From the NCBI GenBank assembly GCA_963695555.1, contig CAVOGR010000001.1, positions 832,001-896,000 on the forward strand: 64,000 bases of DNA. The letters are read 5' to 3'. How positions within the stretch are numbered: position 1 is the first letter of the stretch; each line of letters starts with the position of its first letter. The DNA is from an uncultured Gemmatimonadales bacterium. GTDB taxonomy: Bacteria; Gemmatimonadota; Gemmatimonadetes; Gemmatimonadales; GWC2-71-9. Below are positions 28,333-39,197 of this stretch, piece by piece. The position numbers were made by a program, and so were the translations under genes. The notes beneath the pieces are model-generated. The model searched no databases. It was not told the origin of the DNA and saw only the letters and a program-made list of their open reading frames with translations.

Positions 28333-29039
28333 TAGGCGGCGCTCCGCGTACGCTCGTCGGTGGCAACACGACCATCCCGGAGCGTCACCACCCGTTCGGC
28401 GTGGGCGGCGATGTCGAGTTCATGTGTCACCAGGACGATCGTTTGACCGTCCGCGTGCAGCCGGTGGAAGACCTGCATGATCTCGTGGCTGGTTCCGCTA
28501 TCGAGGTTCCCGGTGGGTTCATCGGCCAACAGGATAGACGGCCGGCTGACCAGCGCGCGGGCGATGGCCACGCGTTGCCGCTGCCCGCCGGACAGCTCGT
28601 TGGGCCGGTGATCCATGCGATCGGCCAGGCCCACGCGCTCGAGGGCCTCCCCCGCGCGGTGGCGCCGCTCACGCGACGTGTTGCCCCCGTACACCAAGGG
28701 CAGCTCGACGTTGTGCAGCGCCGTGGCCCGGGGCAGCAGGTTGAAGGTCTGGAAGACAAAGCCGATCTCGCGATTCCGGACCCGGGCCAGCGCCAGGTCC
28801 CCCATGCGCGACACCTCCTGCCCGTTGAGCCAGTATTCGCCGGCAGTCGGCGAATCGAGGCAGCCGATCACATTGAGCAGGGTCGACTTGCCCGAGCCGG
28901 ACGGTCCCATGATGGCGACGTACTCGTTGCGCCGGATCGCGAGGGTCACGTCACGCAGGGCGTGAATCCGCTCGGACCCGAGCACGTATTCGCGGGTGAG
29001 ATCCAGCGTCTGGATCACGCAGTCCGACATCGCGCTCAC
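28332..29039 (-). CDS. ABC ATP-binding protein (LolD/MacB NBD type)
   Basis: [30 protein letters not shown]. Confidence 0.95.
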   Translation of the reverse strand: MSAMSDCVIQTLDLTREYVLGSERIHALRDVTLAIRRNEYVAIMGPSGSGKSTLLNVIGCLDSPTAGEYWLNGQEVSRMGDLALARVRNREIGFVFQTFNLLPRATALHNVELPLVYGGNTSRERRHRAGEALERVGLADRMDHRPNELSGGQRQRVAIARALVSRPSILLADEPTGNLDSGTSHEIMQVFHRLHADGQTIVLVTHELDIAAHAERVVTLRDGRVATDERTRSAA

Positions 29040-30295
29040 TCGGCCCGGGCGCCGGTTGGGGTATTCCGGACCTTCGTGCTGTCCTTCATGTCGCGGATCG
29101 CCTGAAACGGGCCGGCCACGATGGTGTCGCCCTCGCGCAGGCCTTCCAGCACTTCGAAGTGCTCCTCGCCCGCGATCCCCACTTTGACCGGCACGAACTG
29201 GGCGAGGTCATCGTGGATGACGAACACCCCCTCGGTGTCCTTCTTCTTCCCGGTACCCGTGGTGTCCCGATCGACCGACTCGTTGGGCACCACCTCATGT
29301 TCGCGGACCGTCAAGGCAATGATAGGAACGCTCAACGCCTCGTCACGGATATTGGTGACGATCCGGGCCGTACAACTCAAGTCGGGACGGATGTCCGGCG
29401 GAGGATTGGTGAGCGTGATTTCGACCTCGAAATCCACCGCGCGATCGGACGATCCCGCGGCCGTTTGTGTGGCCGTCAAGAGGGCGCTGTTGCTGATCTT
29501 GGTGACGCGCCCGACGAATGTTGTGTCGGGATAGGCGTCGATGGTGACTTCCACCGAGTCGCCCATCTCCAGCCGGATGACGTCGGTCTCGTCCACCTTG
29601 ATCGTCGCGAGGATGACCGACAAGTCCGCGACCGTCATCAACAGGCCGGTCTCGCGGGAGAAGGTGCCGGGAACGGCCACCTCGCCCTCCTCGACGGCCA
29701 ATCGCACGACGCGGCCGTCGATCGGCGACGTGAGTCGGGTCTTGGCCAGCTGGTCCTTCGACTCGCGGAGGCCGGCCCGGTATTGCTCGACCTGGGCACG
29801 GCTCGCGTTGTGATTGGCCACCGCGACGTCATAGGACGTCTGCGCGATTTCCACATCCTGGTCGGAGATCAAGGAGTTTCCCGCCGCCTTGAGGCTCTTG
29901 GCCCGCTGGAGGGCGCGATCGGCCTGATCCAGGTTGGCTTTGGCCTGCACCATGGAGGCCTGGCCCGTGGCCAAGAGCGCCTCCCCGCGGGCCACCGCCG
30001 CCTCGTATTGGGACGGATCGATTCGGATCAGGAAGTCGCCCTTCTTGACGGCATCGCCTTCCCGCACCGCGATCCGGGTGATGCGTCCGGTGATGTCGGC
30101 GCTGATGTCGACCTTGGTCTTGGCCTCGATATTCCCGCTGGCCGTAACCGTGGCGACGAGATTGCGCTTGGTCACCTCTTCATAGCGAACCTCGGTCCCC
30201 CGACTGCCGCGTTTCGCAGCGCTCAGGGCGAAGATGCCGCCGACAACGACCAGAAGGACGATGCCGATAATTCCCAGCTTGGCACGACGGGACAT
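29036..30295 (-). CDS. MacA-like periplasmic adaptor (membrane fusion protein)
   Basis: N-terminal TM, lipoyl halves, coiled coil, SPIDG, VDETD, VLEGL.EGD. Confidence 0.92.
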   Translation of the reverse strand: MSRRAKLGIIGIVLLVVVGGIFALSAAKRGSRGTEVRYEEVTKRNLVATVTASGNIEAKTKVDISADITGRITRIAVREGDAVKKGDFLIRIDPSQYEAAVARGEALLATGQASMVQAKANLDQADRALQRAKSLKAAGNSLISDQDVEIAQTSYDVAVANHNASRAQVEQYRAGLRESKDQLAKTRLTSPIDGRVVRLAVEEGEVAVPGTFSRETGLLMTVADLSVILATIKVDETDVIRLEMGDSVEVTIDAYPDTTFVGRVTKISNSALLTATQTAAGSSDRAVDFEVEITLTNPPPDIRPDLSCTARIVTNIRDEALSVPIIALTVREHEVVPNESVDRDTTGTGKKKDTEGVFVIHDDLAQFVPVKVGIAGEEHFEVLEGLREGDTIVAGPFQAIRDMKDSTKVRNTPTGARAE

Positions 30296-30305
30296 GATGT
30301 TCCTC

Positions 30306-31844
30306 TTAGCGGAGCGGCCGTCCCACCGCGGCTTCAAGCGCGGCGAGGGCCCGGTGGTAAGCGTACACGGCGTTTACGTAATCTCCTTCGGCTCGCTGGA
30401 CCGCGTTCTGCGCATCGGATAACTCGAGCGATGTGCCGCTGCCGAGTCGGTAGCGATCCTGGGCCAGCCTGAGCTGCTCCCGCGCGGCGACGCGGCTCTT
30501 TTCCTGGACCGCGATGGCTTGATACGCGGTCTTCAAGGCAAGGAACCTGGTATTGACCTGGGCCCGAACCTGCAGCGCGCCGGCCCGGAGACTCTCGTCG
30601 GCGTCTTGTTGCGCTGCCTTGGCCTGCGACAGCTGGAGCGACCGGCCGAACCCGGTGAAGATGGGGAGCGAGATCGAGATGCTGGCCTGGAACGGCTGGG
30701 CCGTAAAATCGAATGGGAACACGTCGTTCGCATCCACGATCTGCTGCTCGAGCGCCGGGTCCAATGCCGTGCCGCCGGCATTGAGCCCCGTGGCGCCATT
30801 GCAGTCGGGCACTGTGCCCGCCGGGTGCGGCGACGTGAGCCGGGTCAGGATGTCGTTTTGGTACTGGCAATCGGCCGCGGCGCCTTGGGCGCCCAAGAGG
30901 GTCGATTGAATGAGCGCATTGCGATCGGTCAACTCCTGGGAGAACCCGCTCCAGCCGGCCTGCGCAAACAGGGACGGTAGGAACGCCGACTTGGCCGATC
31001 GGACCGACCAGGCCGCCGCCCGCTCGCGTGCTTCCAGGGCGCGAAGCGCCGGGTTCTGTTCCCCGGCGATCTCCAGAAGTTCGTCCAGCTGGTACTCCGG
31101 CGGAACCACGGGAAACGGATCCGTCAACCCAACCTGGTCGACCGGCACGGGAGGCGTGACGCCCATTCGTCGATACAGCTCGATCTTGGCGGCATTCTCG
31201 CTTTGAATATTCTCGAGCAGCGCCACCTCAGACTGACCCTGGGTCACCTCCGCTTGGCGAACGTCCAACAGGGTCGCCTGTCCCACCGCAAGTCTGGCCT
31301 GCGCCAGCTCCAGGAATACCCGATTGCGCGCGACCTGCTGCCGCGCCACCTCGACCTGGGCGGCTGCCTGGAGCGCCGCGAGGTACTGATCCGTGATGTC
31401 GTTTTCGAGCAACACCCCGGCGTTGTTGATGTCTTCCTCGACCGCACGCCGGTTGGCCTTCTGAAGCCCGGGGCCAGAAATGACGCGCCCGTCGAGCTGC
31501 CACTGAAGTCCCACGGTGTAGCTCGAGCTCAGGATCGAGGGCGTCGCGTTCGTGAGATTGCCGCCGAATCGTGAGGATCCCGTTCCGGTATATCCGATGC
31601 CGCTCGAAACGCTGGCTGACGGCAGCAAGCTGCCCCAGGCATTCCGGACCGCCCAGGAGGCGGGCGAGGCATCATTCAACACCTGCCGGTAGCCGGGGCT
31701 GTTCGCACGGGCTTCTGCCAAGGCCTCGGCCAGGGTAAGGGAGGCGAGGACCGGAGGACGCTCCGGGATGACCAGCGTATCCTGGGCGAGGGCCCCTCCG
31801 GGCAAGGCGATGACGAGGGCAAACGAGAGCTGCCAGCGGCACAT
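30306..31844 (-). CDS. TolC family outer-membrane efflux protein
   Basis: Signal peptide ALA|Q, LTLAEAL..A..NSP, two OEP repeats, RY..GSGT.LEL.DAQ. Confidence 0.92.
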   Translation of the reverse strand: MCRWQLSFALVIALPGGALAQDTLVIPERPPVLASLTLAEALAEARANSPGYRQVLNDASPASWAVRNAWGSLLPSASVSSGIGYTGTGSSRFGGNLTNATPSILSSSYTVGLQWQLDGRVISGPGLQKANRRAVEEDINNAGVLLENDITDQYLAALQAAAQVEVARQQVARNRVFLELAQARLAVGQATLLDVRQAEVTQGQSEVALLENIQSENAAKIELYRRMGVTPPVPVDQVGLTDPFPVVPPEYQLDELLEIAGEQNPALRALEARERAAAWSVRSAKSAFLPSLFAQAGWSGFSQELTDRNALIQSTLLGAQGAAADCQYQNDILTRLTSPHPAGTVPDCNGATGLNAGGTALDPALEQQIVDANDVFPFDFTAQPFQASISISLPIFTGFGRSLQLSQAKAAQQDADESLRAGALQVRAQVNTRFLALKTAYQAIAVQEKSRVAAREQLRLAQDRYRLGSGTSLELSDAQNAVQRAEGDYVNAVYAYHRALAALEAAVGRPLR

Positions 31845-31993
31845 GGATCGGGTTCCCCTAGGTGGGTGGATGCTCGGTGAGCCACCGACTCATACGGCCG
31901 AATTCGGACCCAAGTTTCACCTTGGGACACGGAGCGGCACCAGTCTGGCCAGGCCGGGGCTCGAGGAAGGTAGCGATCCCGAGTGTGTCTGGC

Positions 31994-32644
31994 TTAATCG
32001 GGCCGTCGGACCACGGAAATACCATTGGGCAGGTCCAGCCGCTCCAGGTGGCCGGCCGCATCGAGCGTGACCGTGCCGGTGAGACCCCCGCTCAGCTGGA
32101 CGATCGTTTCGGTGGGACGGCTCCCCGGGAGCCGCGTTGCGGTGAAGCCGATCCTGGCTCCGGTCCGGGGAAAGACGGCGGTGAGGCTCGAGCCCCCGGA
32201 TGTTGCCAGGTCGGCGACGGCGGCGTACAGCACGAAGACGCTGTCCGTGAGGAGCACCATGGAAGAAGTGGCGGGCCACTGGCGGGCCGCCTCCATGTGC
32301 TCGCCCAGACTGCGTACCGTCAGGCGCCCTCCATCGGTCGCGGCGAGAATGCGTCGCGTGGCCGACGTCGGAGGAAGGTCATACTGGAATGCGGCGATGG
32401 AGCCGGCAGGCGTGCGCTGAAGCACGGCAACGAACGTCCGCACCGAGTCGCCACTCCTGAATCGTGCGGTGGAGGTGAGGGTCGTGCCAGGTCCGTCACC
32501 GCGGCCCCGACCCTGGCGGAGGACGAATTGCTCACGCCCAACCTCACGGCCGTCCTGCCGGATCGACAAGGTGCCTTGGTCGAGGGCTTGAGCCGAGGCC
32601 GTCCCCAGAGGAACGGCGAGGAGGAGCAGCAACACGACGATCAT
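31994..32644 (-). CDS. secreted hypothetical protein (beta-rich)
   Basis: ATGA-coupled to creatininase stop; signal peptide ASA|Q; GREVGREQF motif. Confidence 0.75.
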   Translation of the reverse strand: MIVVLLLLLAVPLGTASAQALDQGTLSIRQDGREVGREQFVLRQGRGRGDGPGTTLTSTARFRSGDSVRTFVAVLQRTPAGSIAAFQYDLPPTSATRRILAATDGGRLTVRSLGEHMEAARQWPATSSMVLLTDSVFVLYAAVADLATSGGSSLTAVFPRTGARIGFTATRLPGSRPTETIVQLSGGLTGTVTLDAAGHLERLDLPNGISVVRRPD

Positions 32645-33372
32645 CGACTCTCCGGCATGAAACATCTTCCCGCCACACGTTCAAACATAAACTGATAGAG
32701 CGCCTGACCCTTCTCGGCCGAGGCCAAGCTCGGATGGCCAATCCCGCTGTGGAGCCCGACGGCTCGTCGCATCCTCCCACCCCGGCTGTACTTGGCAGCG
32801 GTCTTGGCCGGCATCTCGGTATCCTGCGCGACCTCCATGCGCACCAAATGGGGAGCGATGAACAGCAGGAGCGACGTGTCGAGCTCCCCACCGTGTACTG
32901 GACCACCGGGCCGTTCCAGGAGATGGCCGAACTGCATGGCGAAAACATCGATGACCTGAACCTGTGCCTTGGTGACAACCACGGTGCTCAAGGCCTCCTG
33001 GTGAGGTTCATATCCTTCGGCGGTCAGAATGAAAAACTCTCGGATGCCTGCCCCCTCCTCCCAAGATTCGATAAGTTCGTTCATGAATCGGTGGAGGGTC
33101 TTGCGCCTGAGCGATGCCCCCCCGCCCACGGGAGGTCCGGCAGTCACATTGACCCCAAATTCAATGGCGGGAGCCCGGAGGATCTGGAACCGAGCCGAGA
33201 GGTCGTCGGCCAGGCGGTCCACGATCAAGGTGTCGGTACCGAGCGGCAGGTGGGCCCCGTGCTGCTCGGTGCTGCCAACCGGGATGATCAACGCCGGCCG
33301 GTGCGAGATCCGTGCACGCACGTCGGTCGGGTGCATTTCCTTGATTCGTAACGGACGGGATTCGTGATCCAT
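32641..33372 (-). CDS. creatininase family amidohydrolase
   Basis: PVGSTEQHGAHLPLGTD, HGGELDTS, ASAEKG. Confidence 0.9.
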   Translation of the reverse strand: MDHESRPLRIKEMHPTDVRARISHRPALIIPVGSTEQHGAHLPLGTDTLIVDRLADDLSARFQILRAPAIEFGVNVTAGPPVGGGASLRRKTLHRFMNELIESWEEGAGIREFFILTAEGYEPHQEALSTVVVTKAQVQVIDVFAMQFGHLLERPGGPVHGGELDTSLLLFIAPHLVRMEVAQDTEMPAKTAAKYSRGGRMRRAVGLHSGIGHPSLASAEKGQALYQFMFERVAGRCFMPESR

Positions 33373-36300
33373 CGCTCTCGATGGTGGCCTGGGCTACTCA
33401 TTGCCCTGGCGTTGGTCGCCGGGGAATGGCTCCGGCAGCCGGCACCCCTTTGGGTTTGGCTCGCGCTCGGGTTCGGCGTCTCGGCGGTGCTCGTGCTCGG
33501 TCGCGAGCGTGGCTGGCGCGGGCGATTCCTCACACTGGTCGTCGCGGCCCTCTTGGCGGCGCTGGCCGTGACGCAGTACCGGCTGAGCGCAGTCGAGCAC
33601 CGCTGGCCCGAGCTGCGCGAGCAGCGCGTGACGGATGCCTCCCGGCGTCTAGCCGGGGAACTTCGCGCGGCCTTCCTCCAGACCATCCAGCTCGCTGCCA
33701 TCGCCGCCGACGCAGCCGAGTTGGATCAGGGTGACGCGTTCGCGCGCTTGGCCGACGCCGTCCCAGCGCGCGGCCCCGAACTCGGTGTCGCTATCCTCGA
33801 ACCCACCGGGGCTCCGTGGGCGTGGGCCGGACGCTACCGGCTTCGACCCGAGGTTAGTGGTGACTCGATCACCACCCGCTGGAACGGATATTACCTGTTT
33901 CTCGAGACCCGGCGCCACTCCACGAATGGACGGGTGGCTGTGGTCTCCACTTTGGTGTGGGCCCACAGGGCGGTTCCACAGCATGGCCGGAGCTTAGCCG
34001 AGCTGTTCCATCGGAATACCGGCGTCGGGCTGCAGGTCTTTCCTCCCGGTCGGGCACCGCCGGGCCCCGATGTATTCGACTACGCGGAGCCGACGACCGC
34101 CGGCCCGCGCCTCCTCTTCAGCGTCGAGCCGGTTCCGCCCGAGCAGGGTGAAACGAGACGTCAGACGCTCGAAGGGGGAAGCGCCGTTGTCGCTGCGATT
34201 CTCCTGCTGCTGCTTCTCCTGGCTCTTGGCTGGGGCGAGACGCCGTTGCTGCGCTATCTCGCCATCGCGACCGCGCTGTGGGTGGCGATCCGATCGCCGG
34301 TCGGCGCCGCCCTGGGATTGGAATCGCTGTTCTCGCCGGCAACGTTCTTCCGCCCCGCACTCGGCCCCTTTTCCTCCTCCGCCGGCGTGCTATTGCTGAG
34401 CAGCATTGCCGTCACCATCGCCGGGGTTGCCCTCTGGCGCCGCGCGCTGCCACGCCATCCCCTCGGCATTCTGGTCGGTGTCGCCAGCCTTCTTGCCGCA
34501 CCCTATCTGGTGCGCGAGTTGGGTCGAGGCATCACGCCCCCAGCGAACGGCGTCTCGATGGGACTCTGGCTCGTCTGGGAGGTGGTGCTGCTCTCGACCT
34601 CCGCGGCCCTCATCGTCATTGCGGCGGCCCTATTCCGTGGCAAGGCGAATGGAGCCGGCGGTGGCTGGCGAGTCCGGGTCGGTTTGGGCATCGGACTCGC
34701 GTTCCTCGCGACGCTGGTGGGGATCCTGATTTGGAGCCCGCGGGGGGGATGGCCGCCGTGGTACACCTTCCTCTGGACTCCTGCGCTCTTTCTGGCGGCC
34801 ATGCCGGCCCCGCGTCTCGCGGCCATCACCTCGATCGCGCTCGTGGCCGGCAGTGCCAGCGCTCTCGTTACCTGGGGGGCAGTGCTGGAGGGACGGCTCG
34901 AAGTAGCCCGCCGCGACGTGACACGGTTGGGAGTGGAACCCGACCCGCTCGCGCTCCCGCTGCTCGAGAATTTCGCGGAGCAACTCGCGGCCGACCCGAT
35001 TCCGGGTGGGGCGAGGCCGGCCGCGCTGTTTGTTCGCTGGCACGCGTCCTCGGCACGACGTCAGGGCTATCCAGCGCATCTGGCCATCTGGTCCAACGAG
35101 GGGACGCTCGAGGGTGAACTCTCGCTCGACTCGACCGACGTCTCCAATCGACTCAGACAGGAGCTCGTGCGGGCGATGCCCGCCGATTCCATCCGCACGA
35201 TTACCGAGGTGCGTCGCTCCCCTGGCATTCACTATCTGCTGCTGGCCCGCACCGATTCGCTGTCCGTGGTGTCGCTCACGCTCGGTCCGCGAACGCGCCT
35301 CATCGGCCCGAGCCGGGTCAGCCAGCTTCTTACACCGAAAGACGAGCAATCCGAGTTGTATCAGCTGGCGATCTCGCCGCCCACGCCAGGGGTGTCCGAT
35401 GAAGCAGCGCGGCAGATGCGGTGGCGGCGTGAGGGGTGGGTCGTCCATGCTGAGCAGTCGGTAGAGCTTCCGGGCGGTCACCGCAGGGTGCATGCGGAAG
35501 TCGACCTGCGCGGTGCCACACCCGTGCTGGTGCGTGGCGCATTGGTGGTTCTGTTGGACGTGGTCGCGCTTTGGATCATCTGGGCCTTGGCCGAGCTGAT
35601 CGACGGAGCAACGCTTCGCCGGCCGGCGTGGCTTACGTGGCGCGGATCGTTTCGGGTCCGGTTGGGGGCGGCGCTCGCCGGATTCTTCATTGTTCCGGCT
35701 GTCGGGTTCTCGGCCTGGAGCTTCGCGCGGTTGGAGGATGAAGCGAGACAGAGCGCAGACCTGCTGGCGATCCGGACCCTACGTGATCCTGCGGTCACGG
35801 CCACTGGGGCAAGTTTGTTGTCACAGGAGCCCGAGCGGGCGACGGCGGCGGTCGAAGGCCTGAGCCAGCGGCTGGGTGCCGAACTGTTCGCCTACTCGGG
35901 CGGAGCCCTCGTGGCGACCAGCGCCCCGATCCTCCAGGAACTCGCGGTCGTCGCGCCTCTCATGGACCCGGGTGTGTTCGCGACCCTCGCCTTCGGGCGG
36001 GAACTGGAGACCAATCGCGACGGAGCAGGAATCGGCCTGGCGGAGCGGGTGGCATACCGGGTGACACAGTCCGGTCCGCCCGGCGGTTTCGGAACATTAG
36101 GGACTCCGCAACTGACCCATGAGCCGCATTTGGAGGAGCGGCAGGTGGATCTGGCGCTGGTGCTCCTGCTCGCCACCCTCGCGGGGTTGGCAGCGGCACT
36201 GTTGGGCGCGCAGGTCGCGGCCCGGGCGTTGTCGCGCCCGGTAGCCGATCTTCGCCGCGCCGCGCTCGCGATAGGACAGGGTCAGGCTGTGCCGCTTCCT

Positions 36301-37378
36301 GCGACCGTTCCTCTACAGGAATTCGAGCCGGTCTTCGGGGCATTCGATCGGATGGCCACGGACATTCGCCAGAGTCAGGCCGCGCTCGAAGCCGCTCGGC
36401 AGCGAACCGCGACAGTGTTGGCCACCGTCGCCACGGGCGTGGTCGGCCTAGATCCACAGGGCGACGTGATCATCGCCAACCCGAGGGCGCGCGAGTTGTT
36501 TGGGGTCGCCCTTCCCGCCGGCGAGCGATTCGAATCGCTGCTCGGAGTGGAGTGGACGCCGGTCCTGGCCGCTGTCCGGGCGTACGGACGCCGTCCCTCC
36601 GCAGCCGGAAGCAGCACCGAGCTCGACATCGGGACGCAGCGCTTCAGCCTCCAACTCGCATCGCTCGGGCAGGATCCCGGCGGCGTGGTGCTCGCCCTCC
36701 ACGACATCACCGAAGCCTCGCGTGCCGAACGGATCCTGGCGTGGGGTGAGATGGCCCATCAGGTAGCGCACGAAATCAAGAATCCGCTGACCCCGATGCG
36801 GCTTGGCATCCAACATCTCCGGCGGGTCTATGCCGACCGGGGAGCGGATTTCGATCGGACGCTCAGCGAAACGTCGGACCGCATCCTGGCGGAGATCGAT
36901 CGCCTCGATCGCATCGCCCGCGCATTCGGCCGGTTCGCTGCCCCGGTGGACGAGGCCACGCCGCTGGATCAGGTGGACCTCGCGGCCGTCGCCGGCGAGG
37001 TGGTGCAGCTCTATCAGTTGGCGGGTGGAGACGGCACGGAGGTCCGGCTGGACGTGCGTGGAGACGCGCGCGGACCAGCCAGAACGGATGAAGTCAAAGA
37101 AGTGCTGGTCAATCTGCTCGAGAATGCGCGCAACGCCGGGGCCAAGCGAATCACGGTGCGGGTCGGTCCGGGTGGAATCGAAGTGTCGGATGATGGAAGA
37201 GGGATTCCACCTGATCTCATCCCACGGGTGTTCGAGCCTCGCTTCTCGGCCACGACCAGCGGTGCCGGGCTCGGCCTCGCCATCGCGCGCCGCGTAGTGG
37301 AGAGCTGGGGCGGGCACGATCGAACTCACCAGTGCGGTCGGGAAGGGGACCACCGTCGTCGTTCGGCTCGTGGAGTGA
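33364..37378 (+). CDS. large multi-TM sensor histidine kinase (HAMP-PAS-HisKA-HATPase, NtrY-like); +1 indel near 37310
   Basis: AHEIKNPLTP H-box, NLLENA, DDGRGI, GAGLGLAI; the true C-terminus GTIELTSAVGKGTTVVVRLVE* is in a shifted frame ending 37378. Confidence 0.88.
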
Positions 37379-37401
37379 TGGTGCGCGCCACGGGCGCGTC
37401 G

Positions 37402-38169
37402 TCAGGTGAGCAGGTGGGGCACGATGACGCCTGCGGGACCTCGCAGCAGTATCTCGGCGTCGCGATCGAGCGCCGTGGGTCCGGGATCGACGATCACCAA
37501 CATCGCTCCGGTGCTGCGCGCCTGGTAGGCCAAGCCGGCGGCCGGGTAGACCACCCCGCTGGTTCCGACCACCAGGCACACCTCGGCCGCCGTTGCAGCG
37601 CGGGCGGCGTTGGTGAGCTGATCGGCCGGCAAGACCTCGCCGAACCAGACCACATCCGGACGGAGCAGCGCGGCGCATGCCGGGCACCTGGGCGGCGCAC
37701 CCTCCCAGGCCCCAGCCGGGGCACGGTAGTCACACCGGGTGCATCGGTCGTGCACGATCGAGCCGTGCAGCGTGATCGGATCGGGCAGCGGTCGACCCCC
37801 CTCCACCGACGCAATCCGTGCCGCTCGATGGTGAAGACCGTCCACATTCTGGGTCACCAATGTGACGCCGGTTCTGGACGCCATCCATCGGGCGATGGAG
37901 ACATGTGCGGCATTGGGTTGGCACTCGGCGAGCCGGCCCCGCCGCCATGCATACCACTCCCACACCAAACCCGGGTCGCGCGCAAAGGCCTGGGGCGTCG
38001 CCAGGTCTTCGGGCTTGAAGTTCCGCCATAACCCGTCCGCGCCGCGAAAGGTGGGCACGCCCGATTCCGCGCTCACACCGGCCCCGGTCAGCACCAATAC
38101 GTGCGATGCCCCGGCGAGCAACTGGCGGGCCCGTGAAAGGTTCCGATCAGACGTCGCGTCGTGCGGCAT
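37402..38169 (-). CDS. cobB: NAD-dependent protein deacylase (class III sirtuin)
   Basis: GAGVSAESGVPTFRG, TQNVDGLH, HGS, CxxC…CxxC, RPDVVWFGE; YxxR (YAWR) acidic-acyl pocket. Confidence 0.93.
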   Translation of the reverse strand: MPHDATSDRNLSRARQLLAGASHVLVLTGAGVSAESGVPTFRGADGLWRNFKPEDLATPQAFARDPGLVWEWYAWRRGRLAECQPNAAHVSIARWMASRTGVTLVTQNVDGLHHRAARIASVEGGRPLPDPITLHGSIVHDRCTRCDYRAPAGAWEGAPPRCPACAALLRPDVVWFGEVLPADQLTNAARAATAAEVCLVVGTSGVVYPAAGLAYQARSTGAMLVIVDPGPTALDRDAEILLRGPAGVIVPHLLT

Positions 38170-38238
38170 GGTTCTGGCCTAGACGATTAGTTTCCGTGAC
38201 AGTCCCGGCCCAGGTTTGTGAGAGAGGAACGTCACTCG

Positions 38239-39148
38239 ATGGATCTGCTCAACAGGAAATTAGTCTATCGCGCGGTGTCGAGCGCCGTCTTCGCGACGGC
38301 ATCGATTGGCGCGGCCACGACCCTCGCCGCCCAACAGGAGATGCCGGCCGGAATCAGTTGGCAGCCCGATTCCCTGGTTCAGGGTTCCATCGTCCGGTTG
38401 GATTTGCGGCCGGTGTCCGGTTCGACCGTGCTGCAGGTCACCGGCGTGGTCGCGGGCGAGCAACTCCATTTCGAAGTGGATTCGACCGGTTCCTACTGGA
38501 CTCTCGCAGGCCTCCCCATCGATGCCGCGGAGCGCTACCCGGTGTCCCTCACCGTTCGCTATGCCGATCGGACCGACACCGTGAGCGTTCGCCTTCCGGT
38601 TCGGCCGAGGAACGCGCCGATGGAGCGGCTGACCGTGGCGCCCAAGTTTGGCCGCCCGCTCGACAAGGCACTCGCGGCACGGGTCGAGCGGGAGCGAGCG
38701 CGGTCACGCCAGGTGTCTCGCGAGGCCCACCAAACACCGCGGCTTTGGAACTGGACCGTTCGTGCGCCCTCGGGAGAGCCGGGTGACCGGACAATTCGGC
38801 CGCGGCCGTCTGTATAACGGCCAGGTGACCGGTCGGCACATGGGGGTCGACCTGGCCGGCGACATGGGTGCTCCGGTCTACGCCGCCAACGATGGCGTGG
38901 TGGCGCTGGTGGCGGATTTCTACCTGGCCGGGAAGGCAGTCTATATCGACCATGGGGCCGGTTTGGTGACGGCCTACTTCCATTTGAGCAGCACCGATGT
39001 GTGGCAAGGAGATCTGGTCTCCAAGGGACAGCAGATCGGCGCCGTCGGCGCGTCCGGTCGGGTCACCGGCCCCCACCTGCACTGGGTGGCCCGCTATGGC
39101 GAGGTGACGGTGGACGCGGAGAGCCTCTTGGAGTTGGTAGGTAAGTAG
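38239..39148 (+). CDS. M23 family metallopeptidase (frameshift near 38750)
   Basis: Signal peptide; second frame has HMGVD, IDHG, YFHL, GASGRVTGPHLHW. Confidence 0.88.
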
Positions 39149-39152
39149 GGTT

Positions 39153-39190
39153 GTGGGATGGTAGGATACAGGGTCTACCGTCCTACCCAC
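39153..39190. terminator. stem-loop between convergent genes (GGATGGTAGG…TCTACCGTCC)
   Basis: Inverted repeat with G-U pairs between the M23 gene stop and the lipoprotein gene stop. Confidence 0.5.
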
Positions 39191-39197
39191 TGCGGCC

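Noticed and set aside
37379..38031. 1555-aa kinase with a C-terminal extension overlapping cobB
   Set aside because: Artefact of a +1 indel near 37310; the natural HATPase ending is in another frame and stops at 37378
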